Made by a program: the position numbers and the translations under genes. This document shows, in pieces, positions 39,309-51,025 of a DNA stretch of 64,000 bases. The stretch is from an uncultured Gammaproteobacteria bacterium (GTDB lineage Bacteria; Patescibacteriota; Microgenomatia; Levybacterales; GWA1-39-11), in the NCBI GenBank assembly GCA_964409875.1, contig CAYPEN010000001.1, forward strand, positions 70,362 through 134,361, in the 5' to 3' direction. Under the pieces are notes generated by a model. The model searched no databases. It was not told the origin of the DNA and saw nothing but the letters and a program-made list of their open reading frames with translations. Position 1 is the first letter of the stretch. Every line of letters begins with the position of its first letter.

Positions 39309-40451
39309 ATGAAATGGTTATCAACTCATTTAATTGTTTCTCTTGCTGCCTGGATTTTCTTTTTCGCTTCGTTTGTATGGATTCTGAAAGCGCTTTTTTT
39401 GGGATTCTATCCAGATTTCTCGGTTTATTATTATGGTGCAAAACTTTATCTTGCCGGACAAAACCCCTATCTTTCAGGGCAAAAATTGTTCTCCGGATAC
39501 TCCTATCCGCCCATCGCATTTCTTTTATTTGTCCCTTTTACTTTTCTGCCATTTCAAAATTCTGAATTATTGTGGGCTATATTAAACGTTTCATTTCTTT
39601 GTATTTCAATATTTATTCTTGCAAAAATATTTTCCATCAAATTATTTTCTTCAATCAATCTTATATTGTCGGGGTTTATTTTTATTTCATTTCCTGTCAA
39701 ATTTACTCTGGGAATGGGACAAGTTAATATTCTTATTTTACTGCTACTTGTCATTTCTTTGTATTTACTCAAGAAAAAGCAAAGCTATTATAGTGGTATT
39801 TTTCTTGGGTTAAGTCTTGGCATAAAACTATTCCCCCTTCTTCTGCCTTTTTATTTTTTATTGAAAGGAAAGAAAAAAATTGTATTTGGAATGTTAAGTT
39901 GCTTCTTGCTAATGGCAATGACGGTTTTGATATTTATTCCTGAAAAGACATATCTTTATTTTATTCAAAATGTGGTTCCATACTTTTTTTCTTCATCCTG
40001 GAAGCTTGAGTATTACAGTCAATCGTTAAGCGCTTTCATAGGAAGAACATTTGGGACAGGGCAATTGGGGAATTTCGTTAAATTGACAGGCTCCATATTT
40101 GTGATAGCAACTACACTTCTGACTGTTTTAAAAAATAGAGAAAAGGAATTTGAAAACAGGGCTTTCATTTTTAGTTATCTCATTGTTGCAACCATGCTTA
40201 TAAATACGTTCTCATGGCAACATCATTTTGTGTGGCTAGTCATTCCTTATTATGCTGTTGTTTCATTCCTAATCAAAAATAAAAAAAAGGCAAGATGGTT
40301 TTTACTGACTTTTATTTCCTATATCCTTGTTTCAATTAATTTCAAAAACCCTAATGTGTTGCCTGTTTTTTTTCAATCACATGTGTTTTATGGAACTCTT
40401 ATTCTCTATGTTATGCAGCTAAAATTTTTAATTGACAAGATAAAAGCGTAG
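39309..40451 (+). CDS. polytopic membrane protein (possible GT-C/GT87-like glycosyltransferase)
   Basis: 380 aa, ~10 TM helices. YPPIAFLLFVPF-type motif. Confidence 0.35.
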   Translation: MKWLSTHLIVSLAAWIFFFASFVWILKALFLGFYPDFSVYYYGAKLYLAGQNPYLSGQKLFSGYSYPPIAFLLFVPFTFLPFQNSELLWAILNVSFLCISIFILAKIFSIKLFSSINLILSGFIFISFPVKFTLGMGQVNILILLLLVISLYLLKKKQSYYSGIFLGLSLGIKLFPLLLPFYFLLKGKKKIVFGMLSCFLLMAMTVLIFIPEKTYLYFIQNVVPYFFSSSWKLEYYSQSLSAFIGRTFGTGQLGNFVKLTGSIFVIATTLLTVLKNREKEFENRAFIFSYLIVATMLINTFSWQHHFVWLVIPYYAVVSFLIKNKKKARWFLLTFISYILVSINFKNPNVLPVFFQSHVFYGTLILYVMQLKFLIDKIKA

Positions 40452-40466
40452 TGTTTTAATCTCGTT

Positions 40467-40730
40467 ATGGAAAGAATATCACAAGGCAGGTTTGTGCCGG
40501 ATGCAAACACAAACGATTTCGTTATAACAAAACCCTTACCCACAGATTGTTATATTCGGATGCATGGAGATGTAGAGGTGTACGTTTTGAACAAGGAAGC
40601 ATCCCTACAACTAATTGCGCAAGCAACTGATAGTATCAGAAAAAGCCAAGATGAATTTTATGCGGCCAATCCGCATCTGCGGGGAGATAGAGCGTATTAT
40701 TCTTGGTTAGCTCAAGCATCAGATCAATAA
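40467..40730 (+). CDS. small hypothetical protein
   Basis: 87-aa ORF. Confidence 0.3.
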   Translation: MERISQGRFVPDANTNDFVITKPLPTDCYIRMHGDVEVYVLNKEASLQLIAQATDSIRKSQDEFYAANPHLRGDRAYYSWLAQASDQ

Positions 40731-40879
40731 TCCCTTCCTTTTTATTTCTCAATTAAATCATACACCGCAAACGTATACTGTTGGTTTAAGTAGCATTTTG
40801 CGTTATACTACGGAATATGTTCCGCCCCAAGGGCACTTGCCATTAAACGGCGGCGGACAATAATTCTTGCAACAAATAA

Positions 40880-41998
40880 GTGTCTATGTTTGATTCAATT
40901 TTTTCCCTTTTTTCTCATGATTTAGGTATTGATTTAGGGACGGCAAATACGCTTGTCTTTATAAAGGGCAAAGGCATTGCTATAAGAGAGCCTTCAATTG
41001 TTGCGCGACACTTGCGTTCAAAAAAAATCATAGCTGTTGGAACCGAGGCAAAGAAAATGCTGGGAAAAACTCCGGGCTCTATTGAGGCAATCCGTCCACT
41101 TGAACACGGAGTGATTTCAGATTTTGACGGGGCCACATATATGCTTTCCTATTACATTAAGAAGGTGCACGAGAGTGGAAGAAGAATTCCTCTTTTGGCA
41201 CGTCCTAGGGTAGTGGTGGGGATACCTAGCGGGGTTACCGAGGTTGAGAGACGTGCGGTTTGGGAGAGCGCTCTCACCGCAGGCGCAAGAGAATGTTACC
41301 TTATTGAAGAACCAATGGCAGCAGCCGTGGGCGCCGGAGTTTCCGTTTTTGAGCCGACAGGAGTTATGACGGTTGATATCGGTGGAGGAACTACTGAAAT
41401 AGCAGTAATCTCTCTTGGGGGGATTGTAGTGAACCGGTCATTAAAAGTTGCCGGTTATGATATGGATCAAGCAATTGTTCATTATATTAGGCTTAAGCAC
41501 GGTCTTATCATCGGTGAAAAAACCGCAGAGGAAGTAAAAGTGAAAATTGGAAGTGTATATAAAAAAAGTCAGAAGTCAAAAGACAAAAGTCAAAAGTTAG
41601 AGGAGGAAAAAAGTTTGAAGGAAAAAGAAGATGGAAATGAACGGGTAGCATTGGTGCGGGGGAGAGATGTTGAACGGGGACTTCCAAGAAGCCTTCGCAT
41701 TACCGAAACAGAAGTGCGCGAAGCAATAGGACCCGTAGTGTCTGAAATAATCGATAGTGTCATGGAGGTAGTGGAAGAAACACCTCCTGAGTTAACATCA
41801 GACATTTTGGAACATGGCATACTGCTTACCGGGGGTGGCGCGCTCCTTCAGGGAATGGATGAATTAATTGTAGAGCGGACAAAAATTCCGGTAACAGTGG
41901 TTGATGACCCGTTAACAACTGTAGTGAGAGGTTGTGCAAAACTCCTTGACGATCCGGCATTATTAAATCAAGTCAAAGTTACCGGCGGACTCAGATAA
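40880..41998 (+). CDS. mreB: rod shape-determining protein MreB (with Lys/Glu-rich insertion)
   Basis: 372 aa. LGIDLGTANTLV phosphate-1 motif. DIGGGTTEIAVIS. Actin-fold adenosine motif. ~45-aa KSQKSKDKSQKLEEEKSLKEKEDGNE insertion. Confidence 0.9.
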   Translation: MSMFDSIFSLFSHDLGIDLGTANTLVFIKGKGIAIREPSIVARHLRSKKIIAVGTEAKKMLGKTPGSIEAIRPLEHGVISDFDGATYMLSYYIKKVHESGRRIPLLARPRVVVGIPSGVTEVERRAVWESALTAGARECYLIEEPMAAAVGAGVSVFEPTGVMTVDIGGGTTEIAVISLGGIVVNRSLKVAGYDMDQAIVHYIRLKHGLIIGEKTAEEVKVKIGSVYKKSQKSKDKSQKLEEEKSLKEKEDGNERVALVRGRDVERGLPRSLRITETEVREAIGPVVSEIIDSVMEVVEETPPELTSDILEHGILLTGGGALLQGMDELIVERTKIPVTVVDDPLTTVVRGCAKLLDDPALLNQVKVTGGLR

Positions 41999-42119
41999 GT
42001 TTTCTTCCCCCAAAATAGTCATGCGCAAACGGATAATTCCCCATTTTGTTACATGGTTTTTCCCTTTTATTACCAAATTCTTACAGCCTAATTGATATGA
42101 TTACATTTATTGGAAAAAT

Positions 42120-42854
42120 ATGACTACGGAGAGGGAAAGACCAAAAGAGGCGGGTTTGCCCTCCCGGCGTGCACGCATTTTTTTTGTGCGGCATGGAGAG
42201 CCACTACAATACGGAGAAGATACAGCTCTGAGTCCAACCGGAGTAAGTCAAGTGTCGGAATTTGCCGATTATTTTGTCAATGAACTGACCGCAGACGAAA
42301 AAACAAAAATTGTAAAAATTCTTCGAAGTGCACGGATGCGTACCGATGAAACCGCGGAAATTATTTCAAGGCGCGTGCATGATGGAATACGTAGTGGAGA
42401 CCTTGACTTCGTTGCGCAGAAACAAAATATACGAAAGAGACATTTTATCTCTCCTGATAATACGCTCGATCCGTTGATAAATCTGGGTGTTCCACTGAAA
42501 GATGCATACCGGGAATGGTTAGCGCTCAGCCATGATGAGGCGATGGCGATCGGGGCAAAATGGAGCGGAGATATTGCAGATGAGGCGTTCCATCTTACAC
42601 AACTCTTGGGTAACTTTGTTGGCGAGACTCCGGTGGGACCGGATCTTTATTATGTACTTGCTACCCACGAAACAACGGTAGGGGCTATCCTCAAGCATTC
42701 CTCTTTTGGCGAACAACCGATAGGGTTTGCGCAACACGTTGAAATTGAAGCGAGGGGTGAGTTTATGTGGGTTTCTTTCAATGAGGGAATTTCTACAGGT
42801 AAAAAAAAAGACTTTGATTGGCAGATAGCAAACCAGCGATTTACTTCCCGGTAA
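42120..42854 (+). CDS. histidine phosphatase (phosphoglycerate mutase-like) family protein
   Basis: 244 aa. IFFVRHGEP RHG catalytic motif. Confidence 0.6.
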   Translation: MTTERERPKEAGLPSRRARIFFVRHGEPLQYGEDTALSPTGVSQVSEFADYFVNELTADEKTKIVKILRSARMRTDETAEIISRRVHDGIRSGDLDFVAQKQNIRKRHFISPDNTLDPLINLGVPLKDAYREWLALSHDEAMAIGAKWSGDIADEAFHLTQLLGNFVGETPVGPDLYYVLATHETTVGAILKHSSFGEQPIGFAQHVEIEARGEFMWVSFNEGISTGKKKDFDWQIANQRFTSR

Positions 42855-42860
42855 GAATTA

Positions 42861-43910
42861 TTATCCTTGCAGTTTTTTATGACGTAATCTGTCTATAGGA
42901 TTTTGTAGGGTTATTACTAACAGTACTGAAAAAATGAGAGTGAGGATGGTAATAATTAACGAATTCAGGTAAGGGATAGTCGGAATATGCAAGGAAAAAA
43001 GAATTTTGGCAAAAATCATATGGGTAATATATACGGGGTATGAGAGTTCTCCTATGAATCTATCAATTCTATTTTCCTTCGTTAAGGTAAAAAAGTATGG
43101 AATGGAAATGGCAAATGCAATGTAATATGTAAGTCCCATTAAGAATGATTTTTCGAGAATTCTTCCAGGCAAAAACTGATAAAAAATGATAAAGAGCAAA
43201 AAGAAAACAAAGACAATAAAAGGGAGTTTTTTCATCTTCGGCTTCTTTAAGTGTTTGTAGATGTAGCGGTAACTTACTATCCCAAATAAGAAGAACAGGA
43301 AGTACCTCAAAAAACTATAGATAAGATTATGCTCTGGAATAATGGAGAACGGCTGTATAATTCCATAAAAAAGCGTGGCATAAAAAAGCACAAATAGTAA
43401 AAAGTTTTTCTTTATATTTACAATAAAGGGAACTAAAAGATAAAAAATGAGTTCAATTTGTAATGTCCATGCTGGATTCACTATAAGGTATCCCGGGGCA
43501 AGATTATCTTGGATGGAGAAAAAATCTTTGGTTATAAGAAGGGTAAAATTTCTGAGAATAAAATTGATAAATTCACCAATAGCTGAAAATCCTGTAAGAT
43601 ATGTTGAGAACTGAAAGTAATGGGTAATTGCAGTTTCATCTGAACCTAAATGTAGTTGCAATTTAACGTATCCGAGTATTATGGTTACACTAAGAGCAAT
43701 CCAATAAAGGGGGAAAATCCGAAGCGCGCGGCTTATATAAAATGATAATCTTGATTGGTATTTTCCGTCAAGAATGAGCGCCATGTAAAAACCGGAAATA
43801 ATGAAAAAAGAAAGAATTGCAGCTTGTTGGTTGAAAAGAAAAAGACCGTGAGGCTCACGCGCGTGATATACGACAATAGAAAGGGCAAATAATAACCTCA
43901 AAATCCCCAT
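42861..43910 (-). CDS. acyltransferase family 3 membrane protein
   Basis: 349 aa, multi-TM. N-terminal LRLLFALSIVVYH signature. Confidence 0.6.
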   Translation of the reverse strand: MGILRLLFALSIVVYHAREPHGLFLFNQQAAILSFFIISGFYMALILDGKYQSRLSFYISRALRIFPLYWIALSVTIILGYVKLQLHLGSDETAITHYFQFSTYLTGFSAIGEFINFILRNFTLLITKDFFSIQDNLAPGYLIVNPAWTLQIELIFYLLVPFIVNIKKNFLLFVLFYATLFYGIIQPFSIIPEHNLIYSFLRYFLFFLFGIVSYRYIYKHLKKPKMKKLPFIVFVFFLLFIIFYQFLPGRILEKSFLMGLTYYIAFAISIPYFFTLTKENRIDRFIGELSYPVYITHMIFAKILFSLHIPTIPYLNSLIITILTLIFSVLLVITLQNPIDRLRHKKLQG

Positions 43911-44445
43911 GCATAGTAGTATATCTTTGGTTGCTAAATAAATAAAGACTACGATCCGGTTTTATGAGTGAAGCAGAGCTTGCTACGCAATGGTTTGATG
44001 TGGCTAGCTAAGCTTGTTACATCACAGTCTGATATGGTTGACAAAATTGAGGCTATCGAGTATCATATACATACATGAATTTGAACTTGTTCATTCGTGG
44101 TGTTTGGCTCAGAGGAAATATGAAATCAAGAGTTATTTTGACTACATCTTCTTCTTAAGCCTTCCGCGGAAAACATAATTCACATTCGGTTCTTTAATAA
44201 CTGAATAGACGTTTGAAAAGTGGTGGGAATCGTTGTGGCAATGCCACGACAGTCTTCGAGGAATCGAAGAATCTCTGCTTTTCAAATATTTTTTTTAGGT
44301 TCAATAAAATTCTAAAAACAAGTAAATTGACGAGCAGGATTAACACAAAAATTTTTTTCTGTTTTGCTATGTACAGTGTACAAAATAAAACAGTACTCAA
44401 GATATTAAGACTTAATCAGTAGCGATACTGATAATGTCGAAGTAT

Positions 44446-45902
<1,457 letters not shown>

Positions 45903-46003
45903 TAATTAAAACTCTCAGCCCAACCATTTATGGAAGGACTATTTAGTTTAATTAGTTCTTCCCGCCACTTTTTAAACGTCTATTTGGTTTGTTTCAAAAT
46001 ACG

Positions 46004-46034
46004 AAAACCTCGACATACGTGCGAGGTTTTTTTG
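46004..46034. terminator. hairpin terminator downstream of 16S (bidirectional-looking)
   Basis: cctcg-acatacgtg-cgagg followed by ttttttt. Also T-rich on the opposite strand, facing the minus-strand gene ending at 46045. Confidence 0.6.
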
Positions 46035-46044
46035 TGTGGAAAGA

Positions 46045-47844
46045 CTACTTATATACAACTGTTGTAATTCCAGTTTTAAAGTCTCCGGTTATTTCTGTAG
46101 TTTTGCCTGTGTATTCCCGAAAGAGAGTTGTCCTTGGAGTTTTTAGACCAACTGTCCTAGGATATGAAAAAGTTATATAGTAAGCGCCTTGAGTTAATGG
46201 TTTCCAATCGATTCCCCATTGTGCTGTCATAACAATTTGGCTGGTATAGTAGTTTATTATCTTTATTGTTGCATTCGTAGGAGGGTTTGTAACTACTCTT
46301 AAAAGTCCCATATTTGAAGGAAGTTTTGTAGGAGTTGGGGAGAGCGTTGGTGCTATCGTAGGCGTATTTGTGGGAAGAGGGGTAGGAGTATTGGTTGGTG
46401 CATTGGTTGGAGTCAGTGTTGGGAGAGGGGCCATATCAGCCATGACAGAGGAAAAAGATGATTTTTGAGTCCCGTCCGTCTTAACTATTCCAAAAGTCCC
46501 TTCGCAAAGACCGCCTGACGTTGCCTCATCCATAATTTCATAAAGAATAATTATATTAGCACTTGAAAGCTTCAGACTATTTATCGACTTTGTTAAATAA
46601 TTTGCCTGGTCAGACTCAGAATATCCGGCAGTCATCGTACATACTCCTGTTTCTGCAACTGCTACGTCTTTAGAATAACGTGCTCTCACGTCATCTACAC
46701 GTGTGCCGAGTTTGGATATCTCTGTTAAATCTGGAGCCGGATACATATCAACGGACAGTATGTCCAAGTTGTCTTTTATAGCATCGAAAAATTGGTACCA
46801 TCGGGTAATTGTCGCGTCATTCATCGGATATCCGCTGACGTTTGTTGTGACATATGTTTTTGCGTCATTTGTTTTTATCGCATTTTTTGCAACAGCAATA
46901 ACCGAGTTTAAGTCTGATAAATAAGAAGAAGTGAGCGTTGTCATCAGGGAATAATCGCGGAAATTTTGCATATCCGATTCGTTAAAAACTTGCCAAACGG
47001 CAATTTTCCCTGCCCATCTTGATGACAAATACTGATAATACTGGTCGGTAACTGTCTTATAATCATCAAGCATGTAACCTTTTGCAAATGCAGGCGTGTT
47101 AGTTACAAGGAATATTCTTAATCCCTTTTGTACTGCATAATTTATGGCCGTATCATACACTGCAAGATTTGTTGAATTCCAGGTAATTGCGTTTGATGAT
47201 AGACCTTGAACGCTTTGGACAACGGAGGTGCCGGCAGTAAGATCTGCAACGACCGTGGTAGTTTTATTTGGGTAAATTGTGGCTTGAGAAGCTGCAGGTA
47301 TTTTGACAGGTGAACCGTTTATCGTTGTATACGGATATGTGTACGAAATAGAGTACTGACCGGTTGGTAAGCTTACCCAATCAATGCTCCATGTTTTTTG
47401 TGCAACAACTTGGCCACCCTGATCTTTTACGGTTATTGTAGTTTCCACTGCAGGGTTGGTATATACCCTCAAAAGGCCTGGTCCGGGAATAGGTGTTGGG
47501 CTTGGGGTTGCAGTAGGAAGAGTGTTGGGAGTCTCTGATGCTACTTCAAAATCAATGACATTGAACCGTATCCATTTTTGTCCATTAGAAACAAGCGTAT
47601 CAACATTCTGCTTAAATTTATTGATATCCAAATTGTTATTTGCAGCAGATACATGAGTGTTAAACCCAAATTCCGTACCATTCGTAAAAGATGCATGCTG
47701 ACGGATATCTATTTGTTTTGTCGTCATGTAGAATGTTGCGCCAATAAGAAGAGCAAATACTCCGAGAAATGCAAAGAGTCTGAAGTCAGAAATATTATCC
47801 TTCAGTCTTTGTCCAAGACTTTTACTTTTAATTTCTCTTACCAT
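46045..47844 (-). CDS. secreted clan GH-A-like glycoside hydrolase with Thr/Pro linkers and beta-sandwich domains
   Basis: 599 aa. TM then QIDIRQHA motif. Central TIM-barrel-like region with acid/base AVWQVFNESD (NE) and nucleophile-like VAVAETGVC. PTP linkers. C-terminal LLRVVTNP...YYITFSYP domain (PEGA-like). Confidence 0.5.
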   Translation of the reverse strand: MVREIKSKSLGQRLKDNISDFRLFAFLGVFALLIGATFYMTTKQIDIRQHASFTNGTEFGFNTHVSAANNNLDINKFKQNVDTLVSNGQKWIRFNVIDFEVASETPNTLPTATPSPTPIPGPGLLRVYTNPAVETTITVKDQGGQVVAQKTWSIDWVSLPTGQYSISYTYPYTTINGSPVKIPAASQATIYPNKTTTVVADLTAGTSVVQSVQGLSSNAITWNSTNLAVYDTAINYAVQKGLRIFLVTNTPAFAKGYMLDDYKTVTDQYYQYLSSRWAGKIAVWQVFNESDMQNFRDYSLMTTLTSSYLSDLNSVIAVAKNAIKTNDAKTYVTTNVSGYPMNDATITRWYQFFDAIKDNLDILSVDMYPAPDLTEISKLGTRVDDVRARYSKDVAVAETGVCTMTAGYSESDQANYLTKSINSLKLSSANIIILYEIMDEATSGGLCEGTFGIVKTDGTQKSSFSSVMADMAPLPTLTPTNAPTNTPTPLPTNTPTIAPTLSPTPTKLPSNMGLLRVVTNPPTNATIKIINYYTSQIVMTAQWGIDWKPLTQGAYYITFSYPRTVGLKTPRTTLFREYTGKTTEITGDFKTGITTVVYK

Positions 47845-47906
47845 ATATTCACGCTAGCACTATTGCAGTGAGCTGTCAACGGAGTTACGGTTTTTTTGAA
47901 TTTAAA

Positions 47907-49427
47907 TTATTGATATGTTACCGAGGTTTTTCCGGTGTTAAAGTCTCCTAAAATATTTGTCGTTTTTTGTTTTACGATTTTAAAAAGCACAGTTTTCGGA
48001 AGTCTTAACCCTCCTGTTTTGGGATAAGAAAAAGTCACGTAATAATATCCGGGATCAAGTGAAGCCGATTGTATTCCTCCTGTTGCTGTAAGCACTATCT
48101 TCCCTCCTTTTTCCGATAAAATACGAATTGTTGCATTGAGTGTTGGAATAACAACAACATTAAGAATGCCTTTGTTTGTTGGTGTTGGGGTAGGTGTTGG
48201 CATAGACGTAGGTGAAGGCGTTGCTGTGGGTATCGATGTAGGGGTGAGGGTCGGAGTTGGATTAAGCGCAGTTATAACTGCTGTATAGGATGATTTTTGG
48301 GTTCCGTCTGACTTCACTATGCCATAGGAAGTATCGCAGGTGCTGCTTGAGGAATTTTGATCTACAAGTTCGTATTGCAGAAGAAGTTTTGCACTTGAAA
48401 GCCTAATATTGTTGACTGTTTGTGGGACGTAGTTTTGTTGGTCTGTCTCCGAATAAATACCGTTTTGTGTGCAAATTCCTGTTCCGGCGACAACAACATC
48501 TTTTGCATATTTTGATTTCAAACTTTCAATAATTGTACTTAATTTGCTGATTTGCCCAGCATCCGTATTCGGATACATTTCTATCGAAACAACATCTACA
48601 TTTGAATTCACTGCATCATAGAATTGATTCCAATTGGCAACAAGGGTATCTGTGAGCGGATTGCCGCCTGTTGATGTTGAGACAATTGTTGCGGGGTCTG
48701 ATGACTTTATGGCACTGTTGGCTGTAGACAGTATGGAGTTGAATTCTGAGAGATACGTTGGGTCAAGAGAAGACATTGGAGCAGCATCCCGAAAGTTTTT
48801 TATATTCGAATCAGGAAATATGTTCCAAACTGATATTTTTCCCTTGTATCTATTTGATAAAAATTGGAAATATTCTGCTGTTGCAGACTGGTAATCTGAG
48901 ACTACGTAATTGCTCGCAAAACGTGGGGTGGCAGTTGACAAGAATATTTTCAACCCATTTTGATAAGCGTAGTCAATAGCCGCATCGTATACAGAGAGAT
49001 TTGTTGTGTTCCATTGGATAAAAGTAGTAGTGCCCAACACAGTATCGGGAGGGGTCGGTGTTGGACTGACAGAAGGACTAATTGTTGTTTGTGGAATGGG
49101 TGTTGGAGTAGGACCGGGAGGTGGGGAGGCTATATCGGAAGGATTGATTGCGAGTCTTACCCACTGCTGATTGTTGTTCTTAAGCCTGTCAACACTGGTT
49201 TTGAATGTATCTAATTGGAGTGTTCCATTGACCGATAGGTCAGCCGCAAAACCGAATTCCATGCCGGTTCCGAAAGCCCTCTGCCGTATTTCTTGAGGTT
49301 TTCGCGCCATATAGAAAGTTATGCCTATAAGAAGCGTAAAAAGGGCAAGAACTAAGAATAGCTTGAAGTCAGAGATATGCTCAAGAAAATTCTTAAGAAA
49401 ACCCTTTTTCTTTATTTCTTTCACCAT
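47907..49427 (-). CDS. paralog of 46045..47844 lacking both catalytic Glu (probable non-catalytic GH-like protein)
   Basis: 506 aa. Same architecture, with motif QEIRQRA. Equivalent positions read VWNIFPDSN and VVAGTGICT (E->D and E->G). Confidence 0.5.
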   Translation of the reverse strand: MVKEIKKKGFLKNFLEHISDFKLFLVLALFTLLIGITFYMARKPQEIRQRAFGTGMEFGFAADLSVNGTLQLDTFKTSVDRLKNNNQQWVRLAINPSDIASPPPGPTPTPIPQTTISPSVSPTPTPPDTVLGTTTFIQWNTTNLSVYDAAIDYAYQNGLKIFLSTATPRFASNYVVSDYQSATAEYFQFLSNRYKGKISVWNIFPDSNIKNFRDAAPMSSLDPTYLSEFNSILSTANSAIKSSDPATIVSTSTGGNPLTDTLVANWNQFYDAVNSNVDVVSIEMYPNTDAGQISKLSTIIESLKSKYAKDVVVAGTGICTQNGIYSETDQQNYVPQTVNNIRLSSAKLLLQYELVDQNSSSSTCDTSYGIVKSDGTQKSSYTAVITALNPTPTLTPTSIPTATPSPTSMPTPTPTPTNKGILNVVVIPTLNATIRILSEKGGKIVLTATGGIQSASLDPGYYYVTFSYPKTGGLRLPKTVLFKIVKQKTTNILGDFNTGKTSVTYQ

Positions 49428-49483
49428 ATAATACCCTCAGTTCAGGCTAGCACACATCCTGGTATAGAGTCAATAAAGATACG

Positions 49484-49798
49484 TTATTTTTTGGGGGAAA
49501 CGACGAGGCAGCAAATGGCGAGCTTACCGAGTCTTTGAGTGCATTCTTTTTTCCCTGATTCTCTTTCAACCTCTCCAAGAGGGCAATTGGCTTCAGCCCG
49601 GCATACATTCACCCGGCCATCGGGGTTATTGGGTGGACAGCCTGGGGTTTCGATTGTAGGCGTAGGTTCAAGAAAATGGTTTGAAGCTTGTTGTCGGATA
49701 TCCTGTCTTTGATTGACAAGGAACATAGTTACACTGAGGACAAATCCGATACCGGCAACGCTAAGAATTGATAATATTGAAAATTTATTGCTAGGCAT
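49484..49798 (-). CDS. small secreted Cys-containing protein with post-TM QDIRQQA motif
   Basis: 104 aa. TM, motif, then 6 Cys. Confidence 0.4.
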   Translation of the reverse strand: MPSNKFSILSILSVAGIGFVLSVTMFLVNQRQDIRQQASNHFLEPTPTIETPGCPPNNPDGRVNVCRAEANCPLGEVERESGKKECTQRLGKLAICCLVVSPKK

Positions 49799-49836
49799 CT
49801 CATTTCAAGATAGTTCTTGATGGGATGAATGTCAAG

Positions 49837-50700
49837 TTAATCTGCCTCATGAGGTTTCGGTTCATCTGTACGGGGCGGCTTTGATATTTCCGGATTATCA
49901 TGTTCTTGTTGTGGGGTATTGAGGATGGGCAAGGAAGGATTTAGAGGCACTGTCGGTGAAGGGAGAACAAAAGGCGTAGGAGTTGCCGGCGGTTGGGTGG
50001 GAGTGGGTTGAGGTGTTGTCATTTGTATTGACTGGAATTGCACTTGCTGCTTTATCTCTTCCAGTTTTTCCTTTGTTTGTTCGATGTTGTCCACTATATC
50101 AGGAGGAGTCTGGTGAGAAGTAGGAGTATTATCTGGAGCAGGAGTTGCTGTAGGGATTGCCGTGCGCTCTGAAGGGTTTTGGCGTGAATTATTTGGTGGT
50201 TGATAGATTTTTGTCGGAAAAATGCGCAGAGGAGTTGTTGGTTTCGGGGTTACATGTAATGTTGAGGTGGGAGTGGGGGTTGGAGGAATATAAGTTGGAT
50301 CTAATTTTTGCTGAGTTTGGGTCAGCCTTTCCTGGTAGTCGTTTATATCGTTGATGAGTTTTTCTTGAAGTACTTCTTTTTGTTTTTGATCCTTTATATT
50401 ATCAACTGATTCTTGAGTTTTTGTTGCTTGAACCACCAAGGTATCAAGTCCTGAGGTGTTGGCTTTGTAGGTGATGAGCTTTTGCGCCTCGTCAAAGCGA
50501 CGTTGGGTAAGAGTAGAGTCATAAGATGCTTTTGCCTCCGGGGTAAGCGAAAAAACGTATGCTCCCACATTCTCCATCCCAAGCTTTACCGGATATAGAA
50601 ATTCGCCCGGTATCGCATTTTGGGCAAATAAACCGATCAGGGTCACGGGAAAGAGTAAATAAAGGCTTACCCACAAACTTCTATTGAGAAATTTCCTCAT
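49837..50700 (-). CDS. hypothetical secreted protein with Thr/Pro-rich C-terminal half
   Basis: 287 aa. Signal-anchor. Coiled-coil-like middle. PTPT-rich tail. Confidence 0.4.
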   Translation of the reverse strand: MRKFLNRSLWVSLYLLFPVTLIGLFAQNAIPGEFLYPVKLGMENVGAYVFSLTPEAKASYDSTLTQRRFDEAQKLITYKANTSGLDTLVVQATKTQESVDNIKDQKQKEVLQEKLINDINDYQERLTQTQQKLDPTYIPPTPTPTSTLHVTPKPTTPLRIFPTKIYQPPNNSRQNPSERTAIPTATPAPDNTPTSHQTPPDIVDNIEQTKEKLEEIKQQVQFQSIQMTTPQPTPTQPPATPTPFVLPSPTVPLNPSLPILNTPQQEHDNPEISKPPRTDEPKPHEAD

Positions 50701-50844
50701 TCATTAAACGTAAAGGATTATTCAGCTCAAGTCAAATGAAATGAAGATGGTGTAGTGTGTGTAAATCCGTTTATCGAAGATTAATCCTTTTCACTAAATA
50801 CATTGTGGGTGATGAACATGTTCTCGCCCACCGCACTTCGTTTG

Positions 50845-50912
50845 TGGGTGATAAAGGAGTCGGACCTTTGACCTCGTTCTTACGCTCTGATGGAGTGAGT
50901 GATCAGGAACGC
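50845..50912 (-). pseudogene. partial tRNA-Ile copy (anticodon arm to 3' end) with a 20-nt insertion in the anticodon loop
   Basis: Identical to the tRNA-Ile 3' portion except CTGA[tcactcactccatcagagcg]TAAGAACG. No D-arm or 5' acceptor strand. Confidence 0.6.
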
Positions 50913-50953
50913 ATTGAAGATATTTTTGATACTCCTTTTCACCGAAGGTATTG

Positions 50954-51025
50954 TGGGTGATAAAGGAGTCGGACCTTTGACCTCGTTCTTATCAGGAACG
51001 CGCTCTACCGTTGAGCCAATCACCC
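50954..51025 (-). tRNA. tRNA-Ile (anticodon GAU)
   Basis: Manual fold. Acceptor GGGTGAT/ATCACCC. D-arm GCTC/GAGC. Anticodon stem CGTTC/GAACG with loop CTGATAA. T-arm AAAGG-TCCGACT-CCTTT. Confidence 0.8.

Noticed and set aside
39307-39813. Small ORFs 39307..39519(-), 39314..39565(+), 39554..39772(-), 39619..39813(+)
   Set aside because: They are embedded in, or antisense to, the 380-aa membrane-protein gene 39309..40451. Low-complexity AT-rich frames.
45903-46045. Expected 23S rRNA/tRNA-Ala downstream of 16S
   Set aside because: The sequence shows a terminator hairpin and then a convergent protein-coding gene. The rRNA operon is unlinked here.
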